Source: Candidatus Dormiibacterota bacterium | Lineage (GTDB): Bacteria; Chloroflexota; Dormibacteria; Aeolococcales; Bog-877 | Length of the DNA: 55,012 bases | Reading direction: 5' to 3' | Assembly (NCBI GenBank): GCA_027306655.1 | Contig: DAHUZL010000053.1 | Coordinates: 1 to 55,012 of the forward strand | In this document: in pieces, positions 9,343 through 18,833 of the stretch | Layout: each line of letters starts with the position of its first letter | How positions within the stretch are numbered: position 1 is the stretch's first letter | Program-made: the position numbers and the translations under genes | The notes under the pieces: generated by a model | Seen by the model: only the letters and a program-made list of their open reading frames with translations | The model's database searches: none | Told to the model about the DNA's origin: nothing

Positions 9343-10380
9343 TCAGGCGATGGTGGCGGCCCCCAGCGGCACGGCCTTGACGGCGATCACCGAGGCCGTC
9401 TCCGCGATCACGTCCACCCGCCGCGAGGAGCCCGCGGGCGGGACCAGGGCGGCCACCGTCATCAGCGACGTGGTGGCGATCGAGCGATAGGACCCGGGGG
9501 CGACCAGGGGCGTCCAGGGCGAGCGGCTCGCGGCCTGCTGGAGCGAGCCCCCGGGAGGGGCGGTGAAGGCCTGCCGTGCCGCCACGGTGAAGAGGACCAG
9601 GGCGCCGCCGCCGCGCAGGCCCAGGGTGAGCTCGGGGTAGGGGGCGGGGAGGGCGGTGCCGCCGGCGGTGGCGCCGGTGGCGGCGAGCTGCTGGACGGTC
9701 TGCCGGTCGCTGGCCGCGAGCCGGCTGGTGAACGCCCCCGGCGCGAAGGGGTCGCCTCCCTGGAGCCGGTCGCCGCGGACGGCGAGCTCGAGCAGCCCGG
9801 CGTAGTCGGCGGCCACCGTGGCGGCGGAGAGCCGGAGGGCGCGGGCCTGCGCCGCCCCGTCGAGCCGCCGAGCGTAGCCGCCGGGCCCGATCGCCACCGG
9901 TGGCGCGGTGCCGGCGCCGGGGAAGGCCGGGGAGAGCGACTGGCGCCAGACCCGGTGGGGCCCGTCCCGGCGGAACACCATCAGGATCGCGCCCCGCCGA
10001 CCCTGGACCCGACTGCTGACGTAGGCGGCGAAGCTCTCCACCCCCCGGTGCTGGACCGGGACGTAGATCTGGATGTGGACATCGGACTGGGGCTGGGGGG
10101 CGCTCCGGCGCTGCCCCTGGGCGTGCAGGGCCGCGAAGGCGGCGTCGTCGATGATCGACTCGGGGGCGGTCTCGACCGCGTCCTGGGCCGGGATGCTGAG
10201 CTGGAGCGTGGCCAGGGTCTCGGCCCGGTCGTAGGCCCGGACCACCTGAAGGGCGGCGGCGGGCGTGACCCGGGAGTGGGGCGCCGCCCCGCTGGTGAGC
10301 ATGACCGCCACGATGGCCAGGACGATGATCGCGCCGATCAGCGCGAGAGCCGGTCCGCGTCGTCGCCGGGCGGGGTCCAT
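9343..10380 (-). CDS. Membrane-anchored extracytoplasmic protein, unknown function
   Basis: Start MDPARRRRGPALALIGAIIVLAIVAVMLT (N-in single TM), followed by ~300 aa of non-repetitive sequence. It lies 4 nt downstream of the CocE/NonD gene on the same strand. Confidence 0.6.
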   Translation of the reverse strand: MDPARRRRGPALALIGAIIVLAIVAVMLTSGAAPHSRVTPAAALQVVRAYDRAETLATLQLSIPAQDAVETAPESIIDDAAFAALHAQGQRRSAPQPQSDVHIQIYVPVQHRGVESFAAYVSSRVQGRRGAILMVFRRDGPHRVWRQSLSPAFPGAGTAPPVAIGPGGYARRLDGAAQARALRLSAATVAADYAGLLELAVRGDRLQGGDPFAPGAFTSRLAASDRQTVQQLAATGATAGGTALPAPYPELTLGLRGGGALVLFTVAARQAFTAPPGGSLQQAASRSPWTPLVAPGSYRSIATTSLMTVAALVPPAGSSRRVDVIAETASVIAVKAVPLGAATIA

Positions 10381-10384
10381 CCCC

Positions 10385-12340
10385 CTATTGAAGCCGACCC
10401 GGGTAGCGTCGGGCCCACCGGCGCTCGCGGGCGAGGCCCCCCCGCTCGGCGACCCGCAGACGGAGGCGGACCGCCAGCCCGTCGCCGTCACTGCGGACAT
10501 CGAGGTCGGCGCGGGCCGCACAGGTGGCCTCGGGGAACCGCACCACGTACGAGGCGCTCCCGGAGGCGACGGCGTGCCCGGGGTCGTCGAGGGACACCCC
10601 GACCCGGCCCAGGTACCGCTCCCGGAGCCAACCCCTCCCCGGCAGCACCGTGCTCCCGCCGTGGTCGATGACCACCCGGCGCTCACGGCGGAGGCGGTCG
10701 TCCTCCACCCGCCACACCACCCGCGGGGATGGGGAGGCGGCGGCGGCCGCGGGCGGCGGGAGCGCGAGAGCGGGCGCGGCCGCCTCCGGGCCGGGTCCGT
10801 CCAGCACCGGCAGGTGGAGGCGGAGGCTGGCGGGATCGACCTCCAGCCAGCCGCGGCGCGGCGGGGGCCAGATCGACGGCCAATCGCCGGCGGCGAGGGC
10901 GAGTCGGATGCGGTGCCCGGGCGGGAACACCCAGGAGGTGGCATCGAGCTCCACCGCCGCCGGCCGGGCGTCGCCGGGGGCCGGCGCAAGGGGCGCGGGC
11001 GGGAGGGCGAGGGTCTGGACCCCGCGGGCGACCAGCGCCGAGGTCCCGTCGGGGAAGACGTCGGCGAGCTTGGCGACGCAGGTCGCCACCCGGTCCGAGC
11101 TGCGCAGCCGCAGGAGGAGCCGGGGCATGCCCAGCACCTCCAGCGGCTGGGGCCCGACCGGCCAGTCCCAGACCAGCCCCAGCACCTCGTCGTCGGCCTG
11201 GTCCCAGGGCTGGCCGAACGGGAGCGCACCGGCGCACCAGATCGATGAGGTGACGCCGACCTCGCCCCGAAACGGGAGCCGCAGCGCTCCATCCGCGGCC
11301 GGGGCCACCGGGCCGATCGCGTCCTCGGAGCGCAGCACCCGCTCGGTCATCCGCTCGGGCGGCCAGCGGGGCTCATCGCGGAAGCGCCCCCGGACCCGAT
11401 CCAGGTCGGGGGCCGGTTGGGTCGCCTCGCGGACGAACACCGTGATCGGGGGCTCAGCGCGGTCGCCACCGTCCCGCTCACGGAGATGGCGGTCGAACCA
11501 CCGGATCAGCTCGGGGACGACATCCGCACGGGGTCCGGGGCGGGAGTGCTCCGGGCTCATGTGGGCCCAGGGGCCGATCAGGAGCCGGCGCGGGCCCCGC
11601 AGCTGCTCGAAGACCCGGAAGGTGGCGTTGTGGTACCCATCCGCCCAGCCCGCGATCAGCAGGGTGGGGCAGTGGATCCGGTCGGTCCCCGGCCGGATCG
11701 ACCCCCGCCGCCAGTAGGGCCCGTCGTGCGGCTCCGCCAGCCAGCGCAGCAGCCACGGCTCCAGCCGGTCCACCCGCTCGGCCCAGGCCCGGCGCCAGTC
11801 CGGTCCGACCAGCGACGGCACCGGGGGCAGCGCGTTGAGAGCCACCATGTAGAGCGGATAGTCGAGCAGGTCGAGGGCGCGGGGCACACCACCGCCGTAG
11901 TGGACGTCGTCGGTGTAGCGGTCGTCGCTGGCGAAGATGGCGCACACCGCGCCCAGCCGGGGTGGTCCCAGGCGGGCGGCGTGGAGCGCATTGAACCCGG
12001 AGTAGGAGGTCCCGAACATGCCCACCCGCCCGCTGCACCACGGCTGCCCGGCCAGCCACCCGATCACCTGGGCGAGGTCCTCGGTCTCGGTGGCGGGGTA
12101 CTCGTCGACGGCGACGCCGGTTGATGATCCGGTGCCGCGCACGTCGACGCGGCAGACGGCGAACCCGCCCTCGTCGCGCAGGCGGCGATACCAGCCGGCA
12201 TCGCTCAGGGTGGCGTCGTCCTTGCGGTACGGCAGTGCTTCCAGCAGCGCCGGGGCCGCTCCTGCTCCCCCGGGGCGGTAGACCGTGGCCGCCAGCCTCT
12301 CGCCGTCGGCGAGGGGGATCCAGGCGGGGTGCTCCGGCAT
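10385..12340 (-). CDS. CocE/NonD-family hydrolase (S15 X-Pro dipeptidyl-peptidase-like alpha/beta hydrolase)
   Basis: VDVRGTGSSTG, nucleophile elbow GMFGTSYSGF, and C-terminal beta-sandwich with WVFPPGHRIRLAL. Start MPEHPAWIPLADG at the complement of 12338-12340. Confidence 0.85.
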   Translation of the reverse strand: MPEHPAWIPLADGERLAATVYRPGGAGAAPALLEALPYRKDDATLSDAGWYRRLRDEGGFAVCRVDVRGTGSSTGVAVDEYPATETEDLAQVIGWLAGQPWCSGRVGMFGTSYSGFNALHAARLGPPRLGAVCAIFASDDRYTDDVHYGGGVPRALDLLDYPLYMVALNALPPVPSLVGPDWRRAWAERVDRLEPWLLRWLAEPHDGPYWRRGSIRPGTDRIHCPTLLIAGWADGYHNATFRVFEQLRGPRRLLIGPWAHMSPEHSRPGPRADVVPELIRWFDRHLRERDGGDRAEPPITVFVREATQPAPDLDRVRGRFRDEPRWPPERMTERVLRSEDAIGPVAPAADGALRLPFRGEVGVTSSIWCAGALPFGQPWDQADDEVLGLVWDWPVGPQPLEVLGMPRLLLRLRSSDRVATCVAKLADVFPDGTSALVARGVQTLALPPAPLAPAPGDARPAAVELDATSWVFPPGHRIRLALAAGDWPSIWPPPRRGWLEVDPASLRLHLPVLDGPGPEAAAPALALPPPAAAAASPSPRVVWRVEDDRLRRERRVVIDHGGSTVLPGRGWLRERYLGRVGVSLDDPGHAVASGSASYVVRFPEATCAARADLDVRSDGDGLAVRLRLRVAERGGLARERRWARRYPGRLQ

Positions 12341-12413
12341 GGGCGGGATGCTATCAGGGCCTCGCGACAATCGCGGCGCGACGGACGTGTGCGCGTGCGC
12401 GGCCGCTCCCAGC

Positions 12414-12443
12414 TTGACAGCCACGCCGGGCGGGCCCGACAAT
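12414..12443 (+). promoter_or_regulatory. Candidate sigma-70-type promoter for the oxidoreductase gene
   Basis: Perfect TTGACA (12414-12419), an 18-nt spacer, then GACAAT (12438-12443), about 95 nt upstream of the ATG at 12538. A perfect -35 hexamer in an intergenic region of DNA this GC-rich is conspicuous. Confidence 0.3.
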
Positions 12444-12537
12444 TCGGCGGCGTCCCTCGGGCACGCCGGCGGCCGCTGCGCACCGGCGGGGCGCGTGCCG
12501 CCCGTCGCACGGTCGCCGCCGACGGGGAGGGCCACCG

Positions 12538-14175
12538 ATGGAGGCGACCCGGTACGACGCCATCGTCGTCGGCGGCGGCCACAATGGGCTTGTCTGCGCC
12601 GCCTACCTCGCCCGCGCGGGGCAGCGGGTGGTGGTGCTCGAGCGCCGCGGCCTGGTGGGCGGCGCCTGCGTCACCGAGGAGCCGTGGCCCGGGTACCGGG
12701 TCAACACCTGCTCGTATGTGGTCAGCCTGCTGCAGCCGGACATCGTGCGCGACCTGGAGCTGCCTCGCTTCGGGTACCAGGTGCTCCCGCTCGACCCGCT
12801 CGCGTTCACCCCCTTCCCCGACGGGCGGTCGATCATGTGGTGGTACGATCCCAAGCGGACGGCGGCCGAGATCGCCAAGATCTCCACTCACGACGCGCTC
12901 GCGTACCTCGACTACGAGCATCAGCTGGACGAGCTGGTCCGGATCGTGCGCCCCCTCTTCGGCATGGTGCCGCCGCTGCCGGCGAGCCTCGGTCCCCGGG
13001 ATCTCGCCGAGCTGATGCGAATGGGCCGCCACCTCTACCGCCACCGTCGCGGCCTCCATCGGCTGGTCGACCTCATGACCCTGTCGGTGAGCGACTTCCT
13101 CGACTGCTGGTTCGAGGACGAGCAGGTCAAGGGGGCCATGTCGCCGGGCGGCGTGATCGGCGCCTGGGGTGGCCCCAGGTCGCCCGGCACCGCCTACGTC
13201 CTCCTCCACCACCGCCTCGGCGAGGCCGGCAATCAGCGCGGCGCCTGGGGCTTCGTGCGGGGCGGGATGGGCGCCCTCTCGGAGGCGATCAGCGCATCCG
13301 CGCGCAGCGCCGGCGCGGAGGTCCGCACCGACAGCCCGGTCGCCGCCATCGACGTGGTCGGCGGCCGCGCCATCGGGGTCACCCTCGCCGACGGGACGGC
13401 GCTGCGGGCGCCGGTGGTGGCGGCGGCGGTGCACCCCAAGACCGCCTTCCTCGATCTGGTGGAGCGCAATGAGCTCCCCCGCGACCTGGTCCAGGAGATG
13501 GAGACCTACCGCACCCGCGGCTCGTCCGCCAAGGTCAACCTCGCCCTCTCCGAGCTGCCCGATTTCACCGCCCGTCCCGGCACCGCGCCCGCCGACCATC
13601 ACGTCGAGTTCGAGATCTGCCCCTCGATCACCTACCTGGAGACCGCGTGGGACGACGCCAAGAATGGCCGGTGGAGCGCCCACCCGATGATGGACTGCGT
13701 CATCCCCTCGATCAAGGACCCCGGCCTGGCGCCCGAGGGCCGCCACGTCATGACCTGCTTCGTGCAGTACGCCCCCTACCATCTCGACGGCACCGATTGG
13801 GACCGCGAGCGGGAGGCATTCGGGGACCGCGTGGTGGAGACGCTCACCAGCTACGCGCCCAACCTGGCCGCTGCTGTGGTCCACCGCCAGGTGGTGACGC
13901 CGCTCGACCTGGAGCGCACCTTCGGGCTCCTGGGAGGCAACATCTTCCAAGGCGAGATGGCCCTTGACCAGATGCTCTCCTTCCGGCCCGCCTCACAGGC
14001 GGGCGCCTACCGCACCCCGCTCCAGGGCCTCTACCTGTGCGCCTCCGGCGCCCACCCGGGGGGCGGGGTGATGGGCACCCCGGCTCGCAACGCGGCCAGG
14101 GTCATCCTCCAGGATCAGCGCGGGGGCTGGCGCCGCCGGGCTGCCGCATCCAGGCGGCGGACGGCCGACCGATAG
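12538..14175 (+). CDS. Phytoene-desaturase-family FAD/NAD(P)-dependent oxidoreductase (CrtI/PYROXD2-like)
   Basis: N-terminal dinucleotide fold YDAIVVGGGHNGLVCAAYLARAG. C-terminal LYLCASGAHPGGGVMG is typical of the CrtI family. Confidence 0.8.
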   Translation: MEATRYDAIVVGGGHNGLVCAAYLARAGQRVVVLERRGLVGGACVTEEPWPGYRVNTCSYVVSLLQPDIVRDLELPRFGYQVLPLDPLAFTPFPDGRSIMWWYDPKRTAAEIAKISTHDALAYLDYEHQLDELVRIVRPLFGMVPPLPASLGPRDLAELMRMGRHLYRHRRGLHRLVDLMTLSVSDFLDCWFEDEQVKGAMSPGGVIGAWGGPRSPGTAYVLLHHRLGEAGNQRGAWGFVRGGMGALSEAISASARSAGAEVRTDSPVAAIDVVGGRAIGVTLADGTALRAPVVAAAVHPKTAFLDLVERNELPRDLVQEMETYRTRGSSAKVNLALSELPDFTARPGTAPADHHVEFEICPSITYLETAWDDAKNGRWSAHPMMDCVIPSIKDPGLAPEGRHVMTCFVQYAPYHLDGTDWDREREAFGDRVVETLTSYAPNLAAAVVHRQVVTPLDLERTFGLLGGNIFQGEMALDQMLSFRPASQAGAYRTPLQGLYLCASGAHPGGGVMGTPARNAARVILQDQRGGWRRRAAASRRRTADR

Positions 14176-14462
14176 CGTCGCGTCGAGCCGGGAGGGAGCA
14201 CGAGCCAATCGAAGCCATCATGGAAGCTCGCTCCCCCATGAGTCGGTTGAGCACGAGACGCGTGGGCGTCACGCTTCCGCTGATCGTGACACCGTGCCCG
14301 GCGCCGGTGCGGTTGCTGAGGATGAGCCCCGCGGCGGATGATCGTCAGTCGCAGGCGATCGCCTTGACCTGCTAGATTGCGAGGCGCGACACCCCGCCCG
14401 CGGGACGGGCCCCGTCCGCCCTGCGACACGGACCACGGTGGCATGCACGGGAGGGATCGGCG

Positions 14463-14717
14463 GTGCGAAGCGGCACTCGGTCGCGGTTCTGGTGGGAGGC
14501 GGTCCTGGCGGTACTGGCGGGCCTGACCGGGGTCGCCACCCTGGTGGCGCCGCGCTGGATCGAGCTCGTCCTCCGCGTCGACCCCGACCACGGCTCAGGG
14601 TCGGCGGAGCGAGCGGTGGTCGCGGTCTGCGCCCTCCTGCTGGTGGTCAGCGCGGCCGCCGCCCGCGTCGAATGGCGACGGAGAGCGCCGCGCGGGGCTG
14701 GGGCCGCCTCGGTCTGA
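14463..14717 (+). CDS. Small membrane protein (2 TM), unknown function
   Basis: FWWEAVLAVLAGLTGVATLV and AVVAVCALLLVVSAAAA form two helices. GTG start. There is no family recognition. Confidence 0.4.
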   Translation: MRSGTRSRFWWEAVLAVLAGLTGVATLVAPRWIELVLRVDPDHGSGSAERAVVAVCALLLVVSAAAARVEWRRRAPRGAGAASV

Positions 14718-14788
14718 CCGACGACGGACCGGCGGGGCCGATCGGCCGCCGGTGACCCGATCGCCGCCACGATCTTGAGCGACCGAGC

Positions 14789-16495
14789 CTACGGCAGTCC
14801 CGAACCGCCCACCAGCGGCAGCCACAGCCGGGACGGGTGGTCCGGGCCATGGTGGATGGTGTTGACCGCGACCCGCGGATCGCGCTGCTCCACCGCCCGC
14901 CCGGCCCGGTTGCAGTTGCGGGCGAACCAGGGGAAGTCGCTGCTGGTGACGGCGAGCACCAGGCGGTGCCCGGCGCGGAACACGTGGCTCGCCGGGTTGA
15001 GCTCGACCTCGAAGCGGGTGACCTCCCCCGGCACCAGCGGGGCGGGGTGGCTCAGCGAGTCGCGGCAGACGGCCCGCAGACACCCCGCCGCCACCCGGAT
15101 CAGCCCGCCGTCGGGACCCCGATCCTCCAGCTTGACGTGCCAGTCGGTGTCCTCGCCGTCGCTGCTGGCGAAGAGCTCCAGCCGGGGCCACCCGCTGATC
15201 GTGAGCGGCTCCGCCAGGGGTGGCGTGCTGTACAGGACCACGTCCGGGCGCCGGTCGAGGTGGCTCTCGTCGAGGCTCGGCTCATAGAACTCCTCGTAGC
15301 TGAGCCCGCCCGGCACCCGCACCGGGTCCCGGGGGTCATAGCGGTAGGCCAGCGGCGCTTCGGGGGCGGGGGCGGCCTCGCGGTCGAGGGTGGCGCCGGC
15401 GGGCCCGTGGCGCAGGTGGAGCGCCCGGCGCTCGCCCGCGAGCGGCCAGGCGGGCGGGGTGAGCCAGCGGTCGCTGCCGGTCTCGAAGAGCCGGACCCGC
15501 GGTTCGTCGGCCCATCCGTTGTCCTGCCCCTTCAGCCAGTGGTCGAAGAAGCGCAGCTGGATCTGGTCCATCTCCAGCGCGGCAGCGGCGCCGTAGTCGA
15601 CGCCGCCGTAGCTCGCCTGCGGGTAGCGGGTCCCGACGTGCGGCCAGGGCCCCACGATCAGCCACTGGTCACCGGCCCGCGGCGAGTCCCGCCGCATCGA
15701 CTCGTAGTGGTGGAAGGCGCCGAGCAGGTCCTCCCGGTCGTGCCAGCCGGCGACGTGGAGGCAGGGCAGGTCGAGGGTGCGGTAGTCGTCGTCGAGACGC
15801 AGCCGGCGCCAGAAGTCGTCGAGGGTGTCGTGGTCGCGCATGTCCGGCCAGGTCCCCGGCGCCGCCCCCAGGCTCTCCATCATGTCGGACACCGGGAGCT
15901 GCATCAGGAGCCGCTCCCAGTCGAGGTCGGAGCGGTTGTTCTGGATCCGGCGCCGGGTGCCGTGGACCCAATACGCGAAGTAGAGCTGAAAGACGCCGAA
16001 GGTGTAGGGGATCTCCTCCATCCAGCGGCCGGCGGCCGCGAACGACGCCATGCAGACGAGGTGGGGCGGGTGCTCGCGAGCGGTCGCCCACTGGTTCCAT
16101 CCGCCGTAGCTCAGCCCGGTGGTCCCCACCCGCCCGTCGCACCAGGGCTGCCGGGCCACCCACTCCACGACGTCATGACCGTCGGCGCCGTCGTGCACGT
16201 GGGCACGCCAGAGCCCCTCCGACTTGCCCCGGCCGCGGGTGTCGTAGGCGACGTACGCGTAGTCACGGGCCTGGAGGAAGCGTCCCTCGTCGACCGCGCC
16301 CACCCCCCGCTTGTCGTAGGGGGTGCCGAACACGACCGCCGGCACGGGACGTCCCGGGTCGGGGTCGGGACGGTAGACGTCGGCGGCCAGCATTGCCCCG
16401 TCGCGCATCGGCACCTCGACCTCGTCACGCCGGGCCGCCTGGGCCAGGGTGACCAGCGCCTGCCGGCGCTCGCGTGGGGTCGGGCGAGCGGTCAC
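14789..16495 (-). CDS. CocE/NonD-family hydrolase (second paralog)
   Basis: YDTRGRGKSEG, nucleophile elbow GTTGLSYGGW, and C-terminal HVFRAGHRLVLAV. The GTG start overlaps the stop of the upstream SBP gene (GTGA at 16492-16495). Confidence 0.85.
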   Translation of the reverse strand: MTARPTPRERRQALVTLAQAARRDEVEVPMRDGAMLAADVYRPDPDPGRPVPAVVFGTPYDKRGVGAVDEGRFLQARDYAYVAYDTRGRGKSEGLWRAHVHDGADGHDVVEWVARQPWCDGRVGTTGLSYGGWNQWATAREHPPHLVCMASFAAAGRWMEEIPYTFGVFQLYFAYWVHGTRRRIQNNRSDLDWERLLMQLPVSDMMESLGAAPGTWPDMRDHDTLDDFWRRLRLDDDYRTLDLPCLHVAGWHDREDLLGAFHHYESMRRDSPRAGDQWLIVGPWPHVGTRYPQASYGGVDYGAAAALEMDQIQLRFFDHWLKGQDNGWADEPRVRLFETGSDRWLTPPAWPLAGERRALHLRHGPAGATLDREAAPAPEAPLAYRYDPRDPVRVPGGLSYEEFYEPSLDESHLDRRPDVVLYSTPPLAEPLTISGWPRLELFASSDGEDTDWHVKLEDRGPDGGLIRVAAGCLRAVCRDSLSHPAPLVPGEVTRFEVELNPASHVFRAGHRLVLAVTSSDFPWFARNCNRAGRAVEQRDPRVAVNTIHHGPDHPSRLWLPLVGGSGLP

Positions 16496-18321
16496 GGGCC
16501 GCTGAGCGTCCAGTCCTCGGGGTAGATGTGGCCGGTGGGGTCTTGTGCGGTGATGCCGTGCAGGCGGCTGCTGATCACCGAGATCTGGTAGTCACTGTTG
16601 GGCAGCCAGAGGTCGGGAAGCTGGGCGGCGACGTAGTTCTCGTAGCGCTGGAGGGCGCCCAGGCCGGCGCCGATGTGGCTCTGGGCGATCAGCAGGTCGG
16701 TCCGCGCGTTGCTGTAGTGGCCGGTGTTGATGGGAGCGCCGGTGCCGAAGATGGTGCCACCGGTCGGGTAGTAGACCGGGACGTAGGTGATCGACGGCGG
16801 CCCCCAGTCGGCCAGCTGCCAGCCGCAGCCGGCCCCGGTCTTGGGATCGCACACCGCGGTGGAGCTGAGCACGTAGCTGTAGGGCGCCTGGCGCAGCCCG
16901 ATCTGGATTCCGGCCAGGGAGAAGGTGGACTTGAGCGCCTCCATCTCCTGGGTCACGGAGGGCACCCCGCTCTGGTACAGCAGGCTGAAGCTGAGCGGGG
17001 CCCCCCGCGCGATCCCGCTTCCGCACTCGCCCGTGCCGCCGCCCGGCCGCGAGCAGGTGCTGGTCCCCCCGGGCGCCACCGTCCATCCGTGGGAGCGGAG
17101 CAGGCCCTTCGCCGCGCTGAGACTGAAGGGATAGGGGTTGGTCCGCTCGAAGCCGGTGGCGTAGGGGTTGGCCGGCTGCACCGGAACCGGGCCGTAGGTG
17201 GGCCAGCCGAAGCCCTTGAAGATGCTGCGGATGTAGGCCGGCTCGTCGATCAGGTGCTGCATCGCCTGGCGCACGTAGAGCTGGCGGAAGATGGGGCCGG
17301 CCGCTCGGTTCCCGTAGTTGGGCTCGAGGAAGGTGAAGCCCCAGTAGAGCCACGACGCGACCCGGTAGCCCCGGCGGACCAGCTCGCCGCGCAGGGACAG
17401 GTCGGGGAAGGGAAGGTATCCGTAGTCCAGCTCGCCCGAGAGCAGGGCGTCGAACTCGGCGGCGTCGCTGGTGAAGGGGACCTCCTCCAGACGGGCGATG
17501 TGGGGCCGGTCCGGTCCGGAGTACCGGGAGTTGGGGACCAGCGTGGTGAACCCGTTGGCGGGGTCGAAGCCGCTCCCGCGGAGAAGCCGCCAAGGGCCGT
17601 CGACCACCTGCCACAGGGGGTTGGTGTCCCAGGTGACGCGGTCGCCGGACTGGGCGTTGAGGTACCGGTACACAGCCACCGCCCCGCGCGGGGTGGTGTC
17701 GTAGTTGCCGATCGGGCCCGAGGCCGACGTCCGGTCCCACGCCGCCTGCGGGATCGGGGTGATCTCGGAGAGCCCGTTGTCGGTCAGCCAGTTCTGGTTG
17801 AACGCCCGGGTGAAGGTCAGCTGCACCCGGTTGGCTGACGGGGTGCGGACCGCGGTCACCTGGTCGATCCAGTCGCCCGGCGAGTAGCAGCACCAATCGA
17901 TCTTGTTGGCGCGGATGAGATTGACCCAGAACGCGACGTCGCGGCTGGTGACGGGACGGCCATCAGACCACAGGTAATGGTGCAGGGTGATGGAGACGGT
18001 GCGGCCGCCGTTGGAGAAGACGGGCGGCTCGCCGATGCTGAGGCGGTAGTTGATGGTGGGCTGGACGCTGTGGCGGTGGCCGAACCAGTAGAGCGGACGC
18101 CACATGAGCGGTACGGTGTAGGTGAGGTTGTTGTTGCCCGAGTTGGCGCCGTCGAGGAGGGGGAAGATGTAGGTGGGCGGCGCACCCACCAGCTGGGCGA
18201 AGGTCACCGTCCCGCCCGACGCGGCGGCGCGCCCGGCGACCGCCGACACCCCCACCGTGCCCACGCCAGCGATAGCGAGGGCGGCGAGCGCCCCCCAGCG
18301 CCCGACCGGATGACGACTCAT
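16492..18321 (-). CDS. Family-5 ABC substrate-binding protein (peptide/nickel type), no cognate permease or ATPase in the window
   Basis: Start MSRHPVGRWGALAALAIAGVG (signal peptide), preceded by GGGAGAGGGAGGAG. It has the length and composition of the PF00496-type SBP fold (LWSDG.PVTS.DV.F). The upstream 122 codons of the tracked ORF are not protein-like. Confidence 0.8.
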   Translation of the reverse strand: MSRHPVGRWGALAALAIAGVGTVGVSAVAGRAAASGGTVTFAQLVGAPPTYIFPLLDGANSGNNNLTYTVPLMWRPLYWFGHRHSVQPTINYRLSIGEPPVFSNGGRTVSITLHHYLWSDGRPVTSRDVAFWVNLIRANKIDWCCYSPGDWIDQVTAVRTPSANRVQLTFTRAFNQNWLTDNGLSEITPIPQAAWDRTSASGPIGNYDTTPRGAVAVYRYLNAQSGDRVTWDTNPLWQVVDGPWRLLRGSGFDPANGFTTLVPNSRYSGPDRPHIARLEEVPFTSDAAEFDALLSGELDYGYLPFPDLSLRGELVRRGYRVASWLYWGFTFLEPNYGNRAAGPIFRQLYVRQAMQHLIDEPAYIRSIFKGFGWPTYGPVPVQPANPYATGFERTNPYPFSLSAAKGLLRSHGWTVAPGGTSTCSRPGGGTGECGSGIARGAPLSFSLLYQSGVPSVTQEMEALKSTFSLAGIQIGLRQAPYSYVLSSTAVCDPKTGAGCGWQLADWGPPSITYVPVYYPTGGTIFGTGAPINTGHYSNARTDLLIAQSHIGAGLGALQRYENYVAAQLPDLWLPNSDYQISVISSRLHGITAQDPTGHIYPEDWTLSGP

Positions 18322-18833
18322 CGCGCTCCTCCCTCTCCCGCCGCGCCCCTCCGGGGCTCGGTTCCGGTCCGCCGCCCAGGCCGGCTCGCACGTGCGAATG
18401 CGTGGACATGAGAGCAGATGCGTGGAGGCGATGTCAACCGCGGACCCGGGCGGCCCGGGACACGGTCCGCCAGCCACCCCGGCATCGCCGGGTCGGACCG
18501 GGTCAACACGCTGCCGGGCACCAAGGGAGGGGTCCGGGCAGGAGTCGCGCCGGCAGCCGCTCCGAGGTGGAGAGGAGCGGTCGGCTGCCGCCTCGCCGGG
18601 GCACCCGTCCCCGCCTCGCCCCGCTGCGCTCCGCCGCCAGCCGGCCGGTTTGGGCACGCACGCCACGAGGCCGCCTGGGGGCGTCACACCCTTCCCGTCA
18701 CGGTGAACACGGTCCGTCGCCGACCGCCTGGCCCGTGCCGAATGGTGACGATGCGGATCGGAAGCCCTGGGATCCGGTCGCCGGTCGGCTGGTCGGGACC
18801 GACAGCCCCACCCGCGGCCACAGCCCCGACCAG

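Noticed and set aside
14220-14375. The 52-codon ORF considered as a RiPP-type precursor or small protein gene next to the FAD oxidoreductase.
   Set aside because: It has no SD, no recognisable leader/core features and no maturation enzymes nearby. It is kept only as a low-interest note.
18322-18687. An upstream in-frame extension of the SBP ORF (the tracked ORF starts at 18687).
   Set aside because: The extension (MTPPGGLVACVPKPAGWRRSAAGRGG...) is not protein-like. The internal ATG at 18321 has a strong SD and is directly followed by a signal peptide.
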